Source: Candidatus Omnitrophota bacterium (GTDB taxonomy: Bacteria > Hinthialibacterota > Hinthialibacteria > Hinthialibacterales > Hinthialibacteraceae). From it: DNA of 64,000 nt. The notes under the pieces are model-generated. The model made no database searches. It was not told the DNA's origin and saw only the letters and a program-made list of their open reading frames with translations. The position numbers were made by a program, and so were the translations under genes. Each line of letters begins with the position of its first letter. The stretch's first letter is position 1. Shown here piece by piece: positions 40,475 through 50,029 of this stretch. The stretch lies in assembly GCA_016934335.1 (NCBI GenBank), contig JAFGTC010000309.1, positions 10,714 to 74,713 on the forward strand, written 5' to 3'.

Positions 40475-41368
40475 TTAGGACTCCGGCTCCGCCAAAAATC
40501 GTGCGTCTTCCATCACCCGGTCTAATTCATCCGGCGAGGGAGAGACGGGCGCAAATTGCAACTGTTCGCAATTTTCCAAAAATCGATCCAGTACGATTTG
40601 TCGATCAAAGCCCAATTCGCCGCGAAACGAAGCCAATTCCTTCGAATCAATCGCCGGGAAGCGCTGCGACAAAGACAAGAGCACAGCCTCTTTGATCGCA
40701 TGAATAAACCGCGACCGATCTCCCTCGATGCGGCGGCGGCGCGCCGCTTCGAACGCCTCCTCCAGCGGATTGGATTCTTCAACAGGCGCCTCGGGGATCG
40801 CTTTTTTGTAACGACTGCGCACCCGAAGAGTAACGCCAACAGCCATCAGGATTACAATTCCAAAAACCAACCCTCGAAACCATCCCTGGCGCCACATTTG
40901 CTTCAGCCAGAGTTGGAAAGAAAACGGTGCGGGAGAAGCCGTATACGAGTTGGCCGCCGTTGAGAGAAAACTCTCCTTTTCTTCTCCAGGCGACATATAC
41001 CGAATCGTCGCAGGGCCGATGGACGCTTCGCCCTCCGATTGGGGGCGTAAAACATACCGAAATACTTTTTCCGTATATTGCCGCGAGCCGTCCGCGCCCG
41101 TGCGGATGGTAGTGGAAGGCTTGAGCACTTCAAGATTGATGAAGCGGGGGGATTTTTGAATTTCCGGATTCAAGTCGCTCGCCGCGCCGTACCATCGCAC
41201 TTGGATTTCCCACTCAAACGGCTGATCTTCGACCACCGAATCCGGCGGCGGCCCCTGCGTGCTGAGGGTAATGTCCAGTTCGGCGGCCGGAGTTGGAGCG
41301 GCGGTCGATGCTTCGTCCTGCGCATAGACAAGGCTGACCAGAAAGACTACTAAAAATCCGGCAAGCAT
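40475..41368 (-). CDS. BatD-like/DUF4381-like membrane protein, paralog of 35129-36154
   Basis: Signal peptide MLAGFLVVFLVSLVYA, an extracytoplasmic domain, one TM, a cytoplasmic domain. Track ORF extended to 41620. Start at ATG 41368 is inferred. Confidence 0.4.
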   Translation of the reverse strand: MLAGFLVVFLVSLVYAQDEASTAAPTPAAELDITLSTQGPPPDSVVEDQPFEWEIQVRWYGAASDLNPEIQKSPRFINLEVLKPSTTIRTGADGSRQYTEKVFRYVLRPQSEGEASIGPATIRYMSPGEEKESFLSTAANSYTASPAPFSFQLWLKQMWRQGWFRGLVFGIVILMAVGVTLRVRSRYKKAIPEAPVEESNPLEEAFEAARRRRIEGDRSRFIHAIKEAVLLSLSQRFPAIDSKELASFRGELGFDRQIVLDRFLENCEQLQFAPVSPSPDELDRVMEDARFLAEPES

Positions 41369-41396
41369 CCAAGACAGCAGCCCCGGCGCGCTCTTG

Positions 41397-41801
41397 TCAG
41401 TATGAGTCCTGCAGCTGCTTGTCGATCTGCTCGAGTTCCCGCCGATAGGGTTGGTAAAAGGATCGAATCGACAACAGGGCCGCCCGAAGTTCAAGCAAGG
41501 CTTGCTGCTTCCGATCGACTTGTTCTGATTTATAACATTCATCGATAACATGGAGCGCTCCCCGAATCGCCCGGCCGCAGTATGGATTGCCCGGGTAGTA
41601 GTTGCGAATCGACCATGCATACGACTCGACGGCTTCCTCCATCCGGCCAGCCTGATCGGCTGTCTGCGCTCGTTGGAAATGACCGGCCGAGAGCATCGTC
41701 AGCCGACCCGCGAGACAAATAACGCCGAGGAGCGCAATCACGGCGCTCCTCCAAACCAAGCTTTTCCAGACCGGAAAGAAACGATGCCTCCTGAAATCCA
41801 T
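41397..41801 (-). CDS. Small membrane-anchored helical-repeat (TPR-like) protein
   Basis: TM helix (AVIALLGVICLAG) followed by an approximately 100-aa helical domain. Weak RBS, modest confidence that it is real. Confidence 0.35.
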   Translation of the reverse strand: MDFRRHRFFPVWKSLVWRSAVIALLGVICLAGRLTMLSAGHFQRAQTADQAGRMEEAVESYAWSIRNYYPGNPYCGRAIRGALHVIDECYKSEQVDRKQQALLELRAALLSIRSFYQPYRRELEQIDKQLQDSY

Positions 41802-41809
41802 GGAAGACG

Positions 41810-42157
41810 CTATACCGCCTCCTTGCCTCCGCCCGTACTCGCCGCGCATTTTTTATTTCCGGAGTTTCCCGAATCCGGTTTGCTTGTCGACTCAGCATGA
41901 GGCTTCGATTCAGAAGCGGCGCCGTTCGTTTTTCCATGATGCGCACATCCGCACGACGGCGACGACGAATTTCGCTTGTAATCAGTTTCGTAAAATCCGG
42001 AGCCTTTGAAGATAATTCCCGCCCCGCATCCGATCAAACGGCGTACGCAATTCTGGTTTTTGCATTGGGGGCAGTCGGTAAGAACGGGTTCGGTCATGGA
42101 TTGAAAATACTCAAATTCATAGCCGCAGTTGTCACAAACATAATCATAAGTTGGCAT
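41810..42157 (-). CDS. FmdB-family zinc-ribbon protein
   Basis: MPTYDYVCDNCGYEFE...CPQC motif characteristic of the FmdB/CxxC-x17-CxxC family. AGGAGG RBS. Occupies the position dnaJ usually has after dnaK. Confidence 0.7.
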   Translation of the reverse strand: MPTYDYVCDNCGYEFEYFQSMTEPVLTDCPQCKNQNCVRRLIGCGAGIIFKGSGFYETDYKRNSSSPSCGCAHHGKTNGAASESKPHAESTSKPDSGNSGNKKCAASTGGGKEAV

Positions 42158-42246
42158 TCAACCAAACCTCCTGAGACGCATTACCTCTATTTAATCTTAG
42201 GAACCGGAGGCGAGAATGAAAAGCCCCCGGTCTTTTTTATAAAAGA

Positions 42247-44181
42247 TCAATCTTTATCCACAGTATATTCGGCGTCGACGACATTATCGTCTTGATCGGA
42301 GGGTTTCTTCGCCTGCGACGACTCGCCGGCGGCCTCTCCCGAAGCGGCGCCTTCGGGCTGAGCGCCGGATGCCTGTTGTTGTTTGGCGATTTCTTCATAA
42401 ATCGCCTGGCCTAATTTCTGGCTGACTTTTTCAAGCGCTTCCTTCTTGGCTTTGATCTCTTCGATATCATCGCCCTCGAGCGCTTTTTTCAAATCCTGAA
42501 CGCCGTTTTCGACGGCGGCGCGGTCTTCCGCAGAAATTTTTTCTCCATATTCCGACAGCGATTTTTCCGTAGCGTATACCAGTTGATCCGCATCGTTGCG
42601 AGCTACGGCTTCCTCTTTTTTGCGTTTGTCTTCCTCCGCATGGGCTTCAGCGTCCTTCACCATGCGGTCGATATCCTGCTCCGACAAACCGCTGGACGAT
42701 TCAATGCGGATTTTCTGTTCTTTGCCGGTGCCAAGATCTTTGGCGGAGACATGAAGAATGCCGTTGGCGTCGATGTCGAATTTCACTTCGACCTGAGGAA
42801 TGCCGCGCGGAGCCGGGGGAATGCCCACCAGGTCGAACCGGCCGATCGTCCGGTTTTCCGACGCGATCTCCCGCTCGCCCTGCAGAACATGAATCGAGAC
42901 GGCCGGCTGATTGTCGGCGGCCGTCGAGAAAATTTGGCTTTTCTGCGTCGGGATGGTCGTATTGCGATCAATCAGACGCGTGAATACGTTCCCTAAGGTT
43001 TCGATTCCCAAAGAGAGCGGGGTGACGTCCAGCAAGAGAACGTCCTTCACTTCTTTGCTGAGAACGCCGCCTTGAATCGCCGCGCCGATGGCCACCACTT
43101 CGTCCGGATTGACGCCTTTATGCGGATCTTTTTGGAACAGATCCTTAACAATCTTCTGTACATAAGGAATGCGGGTCGAGCCTCCGACCAGAACAACTTC
43201 ATCGATGTCCGACGCCGTCATGCCCGCGTCGATCATCGCTTTTTTGCACGGTTCGATGGTGCGATCGATGATCGGTCTTGCGATCTGCTCGAATTTGGAG
43301 CGCGTCAGCTTCATCTGCAGATGCTTCGGACCGGAGGCGTCGGCGGTGATGAAGGGGATGTCGATCGCCGTCTCCATCGTACTCGACAATTCGCATTTGG
43401 CTTTTTCGCTGGCGTCCTTGAGACGCTGCAAAGCCATGGGATCCTGGCGAATATCGATTCCATTCTCCCGCTTGAACTCTTCGGCGATGTAATCGATGAT
43501 AGCCTGATCGATGTCGTCCCCGCCTAAATGGGTGTCGCCGTTGGTCGATTTGACTTCAAAAACGCCTTCGCCCAGTTCGAGAATAGAGATGTCGAACGTC
43601 CCTCCCCCGAAGTCAAAGACTGCGATCTTTTCGTCTTTCTTTTTATCCAATCCGTAGGCCAAAGCCGCCGCCGTCGGTTCGTTGATGATGCGCAGCACTT
43701 CCAACCCGGCGATTTTTCCCGCGTCTTTGGTCGATTGGCGCTGGCTGTCGTTAAAATACGCGGGGACCGTAATGACCGCCTTAGTCACTTCCTGCCCCAG
43801 ATAATCCTCAGCGGTCTGCTTCATTTTTTGCAGGACGCGCGCCGAAATTTCTTCGGGCTTGTAGATTTTTCCATCTATTTCAAACGCGGCGTGTCCATTG
43901 GACTTAACCACTTTGAAGGGCACACGCTTTGTGTCTAGAACAGTTTCGTCCGTGCTTAATCCGATGAATCGTTTGGAGGAAAATACAGTGCGATGCGGAT
44001 TGGTGATAGCCTGCCGCTTGGCCACTTGGCCCACAAGGCGCTCTCCGCTGTCAGTAAAAGCCACAACTGACGGCGTAGTGCGCGCTCCTTCCGAATTCGA
44101 TATAACAACAGGCTCGCCGCCTTCAATTACGGCCACGACGGAATTGGTTGTACCGAGATCGATTCCTATAACCTTTCCCAT
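42247..44181 (-). CDS. dnaK: Chaperone DnaK (Hsp70)
   Basis: Classic Hsp70 sequence ([16 protein letters not shown]). AGGAG RBS. Confidence 0.95.
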   Translation of the reverse strand: MGKVIGIDLGTTNSVVAVIEGGEPVVISNSEGARTTPSVVAFTDSGERLVGQVAKRQAITNPHRTVFSSKRFIGLSTDETVLDTKRVPFKVVKSNGHAAFEIDGKIYKPEEISARVLQKMKQTAEDYLGQEVTKAVITVPAYFNDSQRQSTKDAGKIAGLEVLRIINEPTAAALAYGLDKKKDEKIAVFDFGGGTFDISILELGEGVFEVKSTNGDTHLGGDDIDQAIIDYIAEEFKRENGIDIRQDPMALQRLKDASEKAKCELSSTMETAIDIPFITADASGPKHLQMKLTRSKFEQIARPIIDRTIEPCKKAMIDAGMTASDIDEVVLVGGSTRIPYVQKIVKDLFQKDPHKGVNPDEVVAIGAAIQGGVLSKEVKDVLLLDVTPLSLGIETLGNVFTRLIDRNTTIPTQKSQIFSTAADNQPAVSIHVLQGEREIASENRTIGRFDLVGIPPAPRGIPQVEVKFDIDANGILHVSAKDLGTGKEQKIRIESSSGLSEQDIDRMVKDAEAHAEEDKRKKEEAVARNDADQLVYATEKSLSEYGEKISAEDRAAVENGVQDLKKALEGDDIEEIKAKKEALEKVSQKLGQAIYEEIAKQQQASGAQPEGAASGEAAGESSQAKKPSDQDDNVVDAEYTVDKD

Positions 44182-44243
44182 GATATTAGACTCCTATTAG
44201 TCAATACTCATCCGCTTGATGAGGTTGGATTTTTTTTCTTCCT

Positions 44244-44969
44244 TCAGGACGCTTCCCCATTCGAGACTGCGTCGTTTTCTTCTTCTTCCGATTGAGGCTT
44301 GCTGGGCTTCGCCGCCACCAGAACTTTGGGCGCCCGCAAAACCCGGTCTTTGATCATGTAGCCAGGCATAAATTCCTCCGTAATGATCCCGGGTTCGCAA
44401 TCATCGGTCTCCACTTGCTGGACTGCTTCATGAAAGTGAGGATCGAATTTCTGTCCTACAGCGTCGATGCGCTCGAATCCTTTTTCTTTCAGAATCGACA
44501 ACATCTGCTGAAATACTATCTCGACGCCCTGCCGGTAAGACTCGACGTCATCCGTGTTGTTGTCGGGATGCAGGGATCTCTCCATGTTGTCGATCACGAT
44601 GAGCAGACTGCCGATGAAATCCTGAATGAGATAATCGCGCATCTCCGATTTCTCTTTGAACACCCGTTTGCGGTAATTTTCGAATTCCGCCTGCAGCCGC
44701 TGCAGGTGGTTTAAATAATCGTCCCTTTCGGAGCAAATTTTCTGATATTCGGCCGCGCTCACCGTCGCCTGCTCCTCAACTTCGTCGGCCGCCTCGACCT
44801 CCGGCGGCGTCTGAGGCGACTGCACCGCCTCCTCGCCGTTCGCTTCTTCCCCAACGCCTTCCGATTGATCGGTCTTCACGGGATCTTCGTCCATGCCGGC
44901 GCCCTCTTGAAGCGTTCGGTCTTCCTGCAAAGCATCTTGATTCGGCGCTGTTTTTGTTTTTTTCTGCAT
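44244..44969 (-). CDS. grpE: Nucleotide exchange factor GrpE (acidic N-terminal extension)
   Basis: GrpE core (RLQAEFENYRKR, C-terminal beta-domain). Sits upstream of dnaK. Confidence 0.9.
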   Translation of the reverse strand: MQKKTKTAPNQDALQEDRTLQEGAGMDEDPVKTDQSEGVGEEANGEEAVQSPQTPPEVEAADEVEEQATVSAAEYQKICSERDDYLNHLQRLQAEFENYRKRVFKEKSEMRDYLIQDFIGSLLIVIDNMERSLHPDNNTDDVESYRQGVEIVFQQMLSILKEKGFERIDAVGQKFDPHFHEAVQQVETDDCEPGIITEEFMPGYMIKDRVLRAPKVLVAAKPSKPQSEEEENDAVSNGEAS

Positions 44970-45067
44970 GACTATGTTTTAACCTTCGCTTTTCACCTTT
45001 TTGCTTATCATTCTAGCAATTTATTGATCATAAATCCGGCTTCATCATCTCGCGGCTTCGCCGATCC

Positions 45068-46486
45068 TCAGTTCGAAATCTGCGCGCGATGCGGCTGCCA
45101 CCGCTTATCCACCAGTCGATAAAACTGAAGCAGCACATCATTTCCCCGCCGCATGGATTTTTTCGCTTCATGCAAATCCTCCAGCGAATATAAATCATAT
45201 TCGTTATCCAGATTCACGAGCACATCGCCGCGTCTGATTCCAATTCGACCGGCTTCGCCGTCCGGTTCGACTTCCAAAACGACAAGGCCCGAAAACTTTT
45301 CATTGATGCCGAACCATTCCCGCCACGGGTTGTCGAGCGACTGCAGCCTCATACCCATCCAAACATCCATTTTGACGGTTCGGCTGGGAGTGGATAAACG
45401 AACCGGAAACACATTTCCCTCCCGTATGACTTTCAATTTCAACTCGCCGCCTTGATGTTCTTCCAATCGGTTGAGAAAATCGGCGCTGTTTTCAATGGGC
45501 CGATCGTTCACTTCCAGAATAATATCAAGCGGATTGAGGTAATCGGCGGACAATCCGCCGAGCGAAACCTTCCGCACTAAAACTCCGTTCAACTCGATGT
45601 CGCGCAGAGATTCGTAACGATTTTTGAAAAAATGAACGATCTGGGGATCGATCTCTTGAATCTGCAGCCCCATCTGATCCTCGAGAGAAATAACGTGATT
45701 GATCCAATAATCGAAAATCTTGCGAACGCGGGAAACGGGGATGGCGAAGCCCAATCCAACCGATCCGCCCGACGGCGATAAAATCATGGTATTCAATCCA
45801 ATAAATTCGCCGTTGATGTTGATTAACGGTCCGCCGCTGTTTCCCTGATTGATGTCGGCGTTGGTCTGGATGAGGTTTGTGTAATGCCTCCCGTTCGAGA
45901 CGTTCATAGTGCGATTCAAGGCGCTGATTATCCCCGTTGTAACGGTGAAAGGCTGGCCCAGCGCGCTGCCGGCCGCGATCACTGTCTCGCCGATCATCAA
46001 ATCGTCCGATCGACCCCAGGCCAGATAATAGTTTGGCGGTTCATTCTTAAATTTCAGAATCGCCACATCCGCCAAGGGATTGGCCCCGATCAAAATTGCC
46101 TCGCGCGGTTCTTTTTCGTCGTACAGATTGACGTAGATTTTATCAGCGGGCCCAAGCTGGTATTCTTCATACGAAATGACATGATTGTTGGTGACTACGT
46201 ATCCGCCTTCAATCAAAACGCCGGATCCCAGCCCTTCCAAACGATATTTCTGCTGAAACATTTCCCCGAACAAATCGTCGAAAGGCGTGGAGAAGGATCG
46301 AGGAAATAGAGACCGATCAACCGAAACGACCTTCGTCGTGCTTATATTGACAACCGCCGGCAGAATCTTCTCTACTGCCTCTACAACTGGTGTACGTCGA
46401 TCGTATGCAGATGCGTCTGTGACATGAGACGCCAGCGCTGCGGCGACTCCCAACAAAAGCCGTAAAACTGATTGTCTCCTTCGCAT
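45068..46486 (-). CDS. htrA: Periplasmic serine endoprotease HtrA/DegP family (trypsin domain + two PDZ)
   Basis: Catalytic triad context GNSGGPL, two PDZ-like regions, signal peptide. ATG at 46486 with GAAGGA RBS. Confidence 0.85.
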   Translation of the reverse strand: MRRRQSVLRLLLGVAAALASHVTDASAYDRRTPVVEAVEKILPAVVNISTTKVVSVDRSLFPRSFSTPFDDLFGEMFQQKYRLEGLGSGVLIEGGYVVTNNHVISYEEYQLGPADKIYVNLYDEKEPREAILIGANPLADVAILKFKNEPPNYYLAWGRSDDLMIGETVIAAGSALGQPFTVTTGIISALNRTMNVSNGRHYTNLIQTNADINQGNSGGPLININGEFIGLNTMILSPSGGSVGLGFAIPVSRVRKIFDYWINHVISLEDQMGLQIQEIDPQIVHFFKNRYESLRDIELNGVLVRKVSLGGLSADYLNPLDIILEVNDRPIENSADFLNRLEEHQGGELKLKVIREGNVFPVRLSTPSRTVKMDVWMGMRLQSLDNPWREWFGINEKFSGLVVLEVEPDGEAGRIGIRRGDVLVNLDNEYDLYSLEDLHEAKKSMRRGNDVLLQFYRLVDKRWQPHRAQISN

Positions 46487-46917
46487 AATCATGTCCTTCG
46501 ATAAATAGACATTGTATAAAAGCCGCAAGCAAGCAGCATACCATCTAATCAAACATCTCTTAAACTACTGATATATATTAAGTAAGCGTCCCAGAATCAT
46601 CGTAACATCCTAATGATAAAGTTATTTTTATGAGCCAGATTGGCGCGTATTTGAGTCGATCGGCTGTGCCAAAAAGTCTTGGAGAGATCATAGATAAGAT
46701 TTTGGAGAACACGATAATTTAGCAATTTTCGATCCAATCCCCCCCCACATCCAACTTTATTATTGATATATATCTAAACTTTTCCTATTTCCCGATTCTC
46801 TCCACCCCCCCCGAACTCTTTTGCGGCGCGAGAACCGCCAAGCGTCAGTCGCCCGGCGCCAGCCTTGCCAATCATTGAAAAATGTTTAAGAATGTAAGAG
46901 TTATGGGAGGGATTTGG

Positions 46918-48198
46918 ATGAAACTCGATCGTGAGAAACTCTACCCCTGGTTGGCGATTCTTCGAGCGAAATTCATGGGCAGCGGACGAGCCATGCTGCT
47001 CCAGGAGCATTTCGGCTCGATCCAAAACGTCCTGCACGCCCCGGTCGACGCCATCGCCGCCGTCTCCGGCTTCAGCCGCGAAATCGGGCAAGCCATTCAT
47101 GCCGCCGCGCAAGGCCAATTCGACCGCGACATCGACAAAGAACTTTCCTGGGCGGAAAAAGAAGGCGTCTCCATTCTCCTCTATTCGGATCAAGGATACC
47201 CACCGACCTTGCGCCATATTCCCGCTCCGCCGGCTTTGTTGTACGTCAAAGGCGCCCTGCGTCCGGAAGACATTTTGGCCGTGGGGATCGTCGGTTCGCG
47301 CAGCGCCTCGGATGGAGGACGGCGTCTGGCCAACAAAATCGCCTGCGAATTGGCGGAAGCGGGTCTGACCATCGTCAGCGGTTTAGCCTGGGGCGTCGAC
47401 GCCTCCGCCCACAAAGGCGCTCTGCGCTGTAAACAGGGCCGCACCCTCGCCGTCATGGGCAACGGGCTGAAATTCATCTATCCCCGCGAACACAGCCTGA
47501 TCGCCGAACAGATCGTTCAGCGCGGGGCGTTGGTTACGGAACTGTTCTACGATGTATCCCCTCAAGGCCGAAATTTTCCGCCTCGAAACCGAATCATCAG
47601 CGGTCTTTCGCTGGGCGTTTTGATCGCCGAAGCCCCGGAGCGAAGCGGCGCTTTAATCACCGCCGATTATGCGCTGGAGCAAGGCAAAGAGATCTTCGCC
47701 CTGCCCGGCAACATCGAAAGAGGCGTCTCGCCGGGCACCAATCGCTTAATCCAGGAATCCCGCGCGACGCTGGTCACATCGGCTGAGGACATCCTGCGCG
47801 AATTGAGCGACAAGATCACCTTCTACAGAAATGAGTTGGAAGGAAAAATCCCCAAGGTCGATCTGGAAGTCCCGCCTCCCATATTACATCGCAAGCGAAA
47901 AGGATCCTCCAAACCGGCCGACGCCTCGCCGACCGCCGCCCAACCCCATCCCGCGGACGCTCCCGTTGCATCGCCGCCCGCCGAATCGCCCCCCAAGAAA
48001 AAACCGCCAAGCATCCCCATGAGCGATGAGGAAAAAAGCGTGCACGATATGCTTACTGAAGAAGCGCAGCATATCGACGCCATCTGCCGTAAAATGCAGT
48101 GGCCGGTGTCGCGCGTTTCCTCCGCACTGGGCCTGTTGGAATTAAAGGGAGTCGTCGAACGAGAATCGGGCATGCGCTTCCGCCTCGCGGATCGCTGA
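46918..48198 (+). CDS. dprA: DNA processing protein DprA (Smf) with Pro-rich linker and C-terminal winged-helix domain
   Basis: Rossmann-like DprA core (GIVGSRSASDGG...SGLAWGVDASAH). GGGAGG RBS before ATG 46918. Track ORF starts at 46882. Confidence 0.85.
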   Translation: MKLDREKLYPWLAILRAKFMGSGRAMLLQEHFGSIQNVLHAPVDAIAAVSGFSREIGQAIHAAAQGQFDRDIDKELSWAEKEGVSILLYSDQGYPPTLRHIPAPPALLYVKGALRPEDILAVGIVGSRSASDGGRRLANKIACELAEAGLTIVSGLAWGVDASAHKGALRCKQGRTLAVMGNGLKFIYPREHSLIAEQIVQRGALVTELFYDVSPQGRNFPPRNRIISGLSLGVLIAEAPERSGALITADYALEQGKEIFALPGNIERGVSPGTNRLIQESRATLVTSAEDILRELSDKITFYRNELEGKIPKVDLEVPPPILHRKRKGSSKPADASPTAAQPHPADAPVASPPAESPPKKKPPSIPMSDEEKSVHDMLTEEAQHIDAICRKMQWPVSRVSSALGLLELKGVVERESGMRFRLADR

Positions 48199-48330
48199 AG
48201 CGCGCAAGTTCGTCTCCAATAGAAACCGCTTCCCAGATTCAAGGATCGGCTTCCGCACATCCATTCAATGTTGCGTCATATTATGTTATGAAAAGACAGC
48301 GACAGAATACGACTGCCAGAGAGGCGCCCC

Positions 48331-48999
48331 ATGAAAAGTTTTCATCCAACTCGCGCATTCACTCTCATTGAACTGCTCATTGTCGTAGCGATTATTGGGA
48401 TATTGGCCGCCATCGCCGTTCCTAATTTTTTGAACGCTCAAGTCAGAGCTAAACTTGCGCGTGGCATGGCGGATATGAAAAACCTGGGAGTGGCCATCGA
48501 ATCGCTTCGGCTGGATAAGGGATACCTATTGGTCGACTTCTGGGACGACGACACTGCTTTGGGCATCGAACGCATCGAAAAATTCGGCGTTCTTCCCTTC
48601 AACAACAGCATGGAGCGAACCATGATTCAGGTCTTGGCGCCCTTGACGACTCCCACCGCCTATATGAGTTCGATCCCCAGCGACCCCTTCAACAAAAATG
48701 CGAGAAATACGAAAAGTTCCGACTTTGGAACGACTTCCGTCAATTCGTATATCTATGGCGATAAAGAGCCCTCCTACCCGGGAGAAAATCACAACATCAA
48801 ACTAGTGCTTCCCGCTAATGCCGAATTGTGGGGGCTGCAGCCCTTGCGCATGAACGATTGGGCGCTGCTCGGCATCGGCCCCGACGCCGATTGGCAGAGC
48901 GCCGGGTATTCCAACGGCATTCCCTATCGCGTGACGAACGGCGTCGTGAGCGCGGGCGACATCGTCTATCGCTCCGGCGAAGGATCCACCGCCGGCTAA
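48331..48999 (+). CDS. Prepilin-type N-terminal cleavage/methylation domain protein (pseudopilin/type IV pilin-like, H-X9-DG-type family)
   Basis: N-terminus RAFTLIELLIVVAIIGILAAIAVPNFLNAQ, the class-III signal and hydrophobic helix. AGAGAGG RBS. Confidence 0.8.
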   Translation: MKSFHPTRAFTLIELLIVVAIIGILAAIAVPNFLNAQVRAKLARGMADMKNLGVAIESLRLDKGYLLVDFWDDDTALGIERIEKFGVLPFNNSMERTMIQVLAPLTTPTAYMSSIPSDPFNKNARNTKSSDFGTTSVNSYIYGDKEPSYPGENHNIKLVLPANAELWGLQPLRMNDWALLGIGPDADWQSAGYSNGIPYRVTNGVVSAGDIVYRSGEGSTAG

Positions 49000-49165
49000 G
49001 CGCTCTCCGCGCGCCGCCTGAACAGTAGGAAAAAGGGGATGACATCACAATTCATCCCTAAACCCAAAATCGTCTACAATAATTATGACGGCAGTGAGAC
49101 GGCTTCCTGGAGCAAAATTGGTTTCTAGTGTCATGAGATGCAGAGCATAATGAAGAGAGGTTAAA

Positions 49166-49747
49166 ATGAAGAATCATTCCAGAAAAACTCGCGCATTTAC
49201 TCTGATCGAACTGCTCATTGTCGTGGCGATCATCGGCATCCTCGCCGCCATCGCCGTTCCCAACTTCCTGAACGCCCAGACGCGCGCCAAGGTGGCGCGT
49301 ACGTGGGCCGACCTGAAAATCCTGATCAACGCCTTCGAACAATACCGTCTCGACAACAACGCCTATGTTCCCGATTATGACGGCATCGGCCTGGGCGGCC
49401 CCTCTGAAATCAACACTTATCGCGCTTTGACGACGCCCGTGTCCTATCTCTCCAGCATCCCGCTGGACGTCTGGATTTCCCGCCGCCAGGAGGCCGCCGG
49501 CATTTTGCGTGGAAAAAACGAGCGCTTTTTTGAATATTGGGGCGCGGGCTACGGCGTCACGACGCGAGCCGACATGATTCAATACGGCATCGGCTACGCC
49601 ATGCGCTCCGTCGGACCGGATAAAGAAGAAACATGGATGGGCGACTATCACGCCCTGGGCCAAAAAACCGGCCAATACACTTACGATCCCTCCAACGGAT
49701 TGACTTCCATCGGCGACATCATCGCCACCAATCGAGGCTTGGAATAA
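49166..49747 (+). CDS. Prepilin-type N-terminal cleavage/methylation domain protein, tandem paralog
   Basis: Same N-terminal 40 aa as the upstream gene but synonymous-site divergent. AGAGAGG RBS. Confidence 0.8.
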   Translation: MKNHSRKTRAFTLIELLIVVAIIGILAAIAVPNFLNAQTRAKVARTWADLKILINAFEQYRLDNNAYVPDYDGIGLGGPSEINTYRALTTPVSYLSSIPLDVWISRRQEAAGILRGKNERFFEYWGAGYGVTTRADMIQYGIGYAMRSVGPDKEETWMGDYHALGQKTGQYTYDPSNGLTSIGDIIATNRGLE

Positions 49748-50029
49748 AGAATAACAAAACGTCCATTAACTATTTCGAATTAATGAATATGTGCAAATAA
49801 AAATGTCTCCGGCCCGGGAGCGATTTCTCAAACCGGATCGGCGCTGTCGGTATGAAAAAAAATGCGTCGCATGCCAGGTTATGAAAAAATGGATCATTCA
49901 AACTCGCGGATTCAGAAATCAATATGCCTTTCTCCATAAAAATAAATCCATTACATTACATGCATGAATGAATACTGAACCATAGGAAGCCGATTCAGCG
50001 CTTCCGCCAATCAGTCTGGAGGATTTAGA

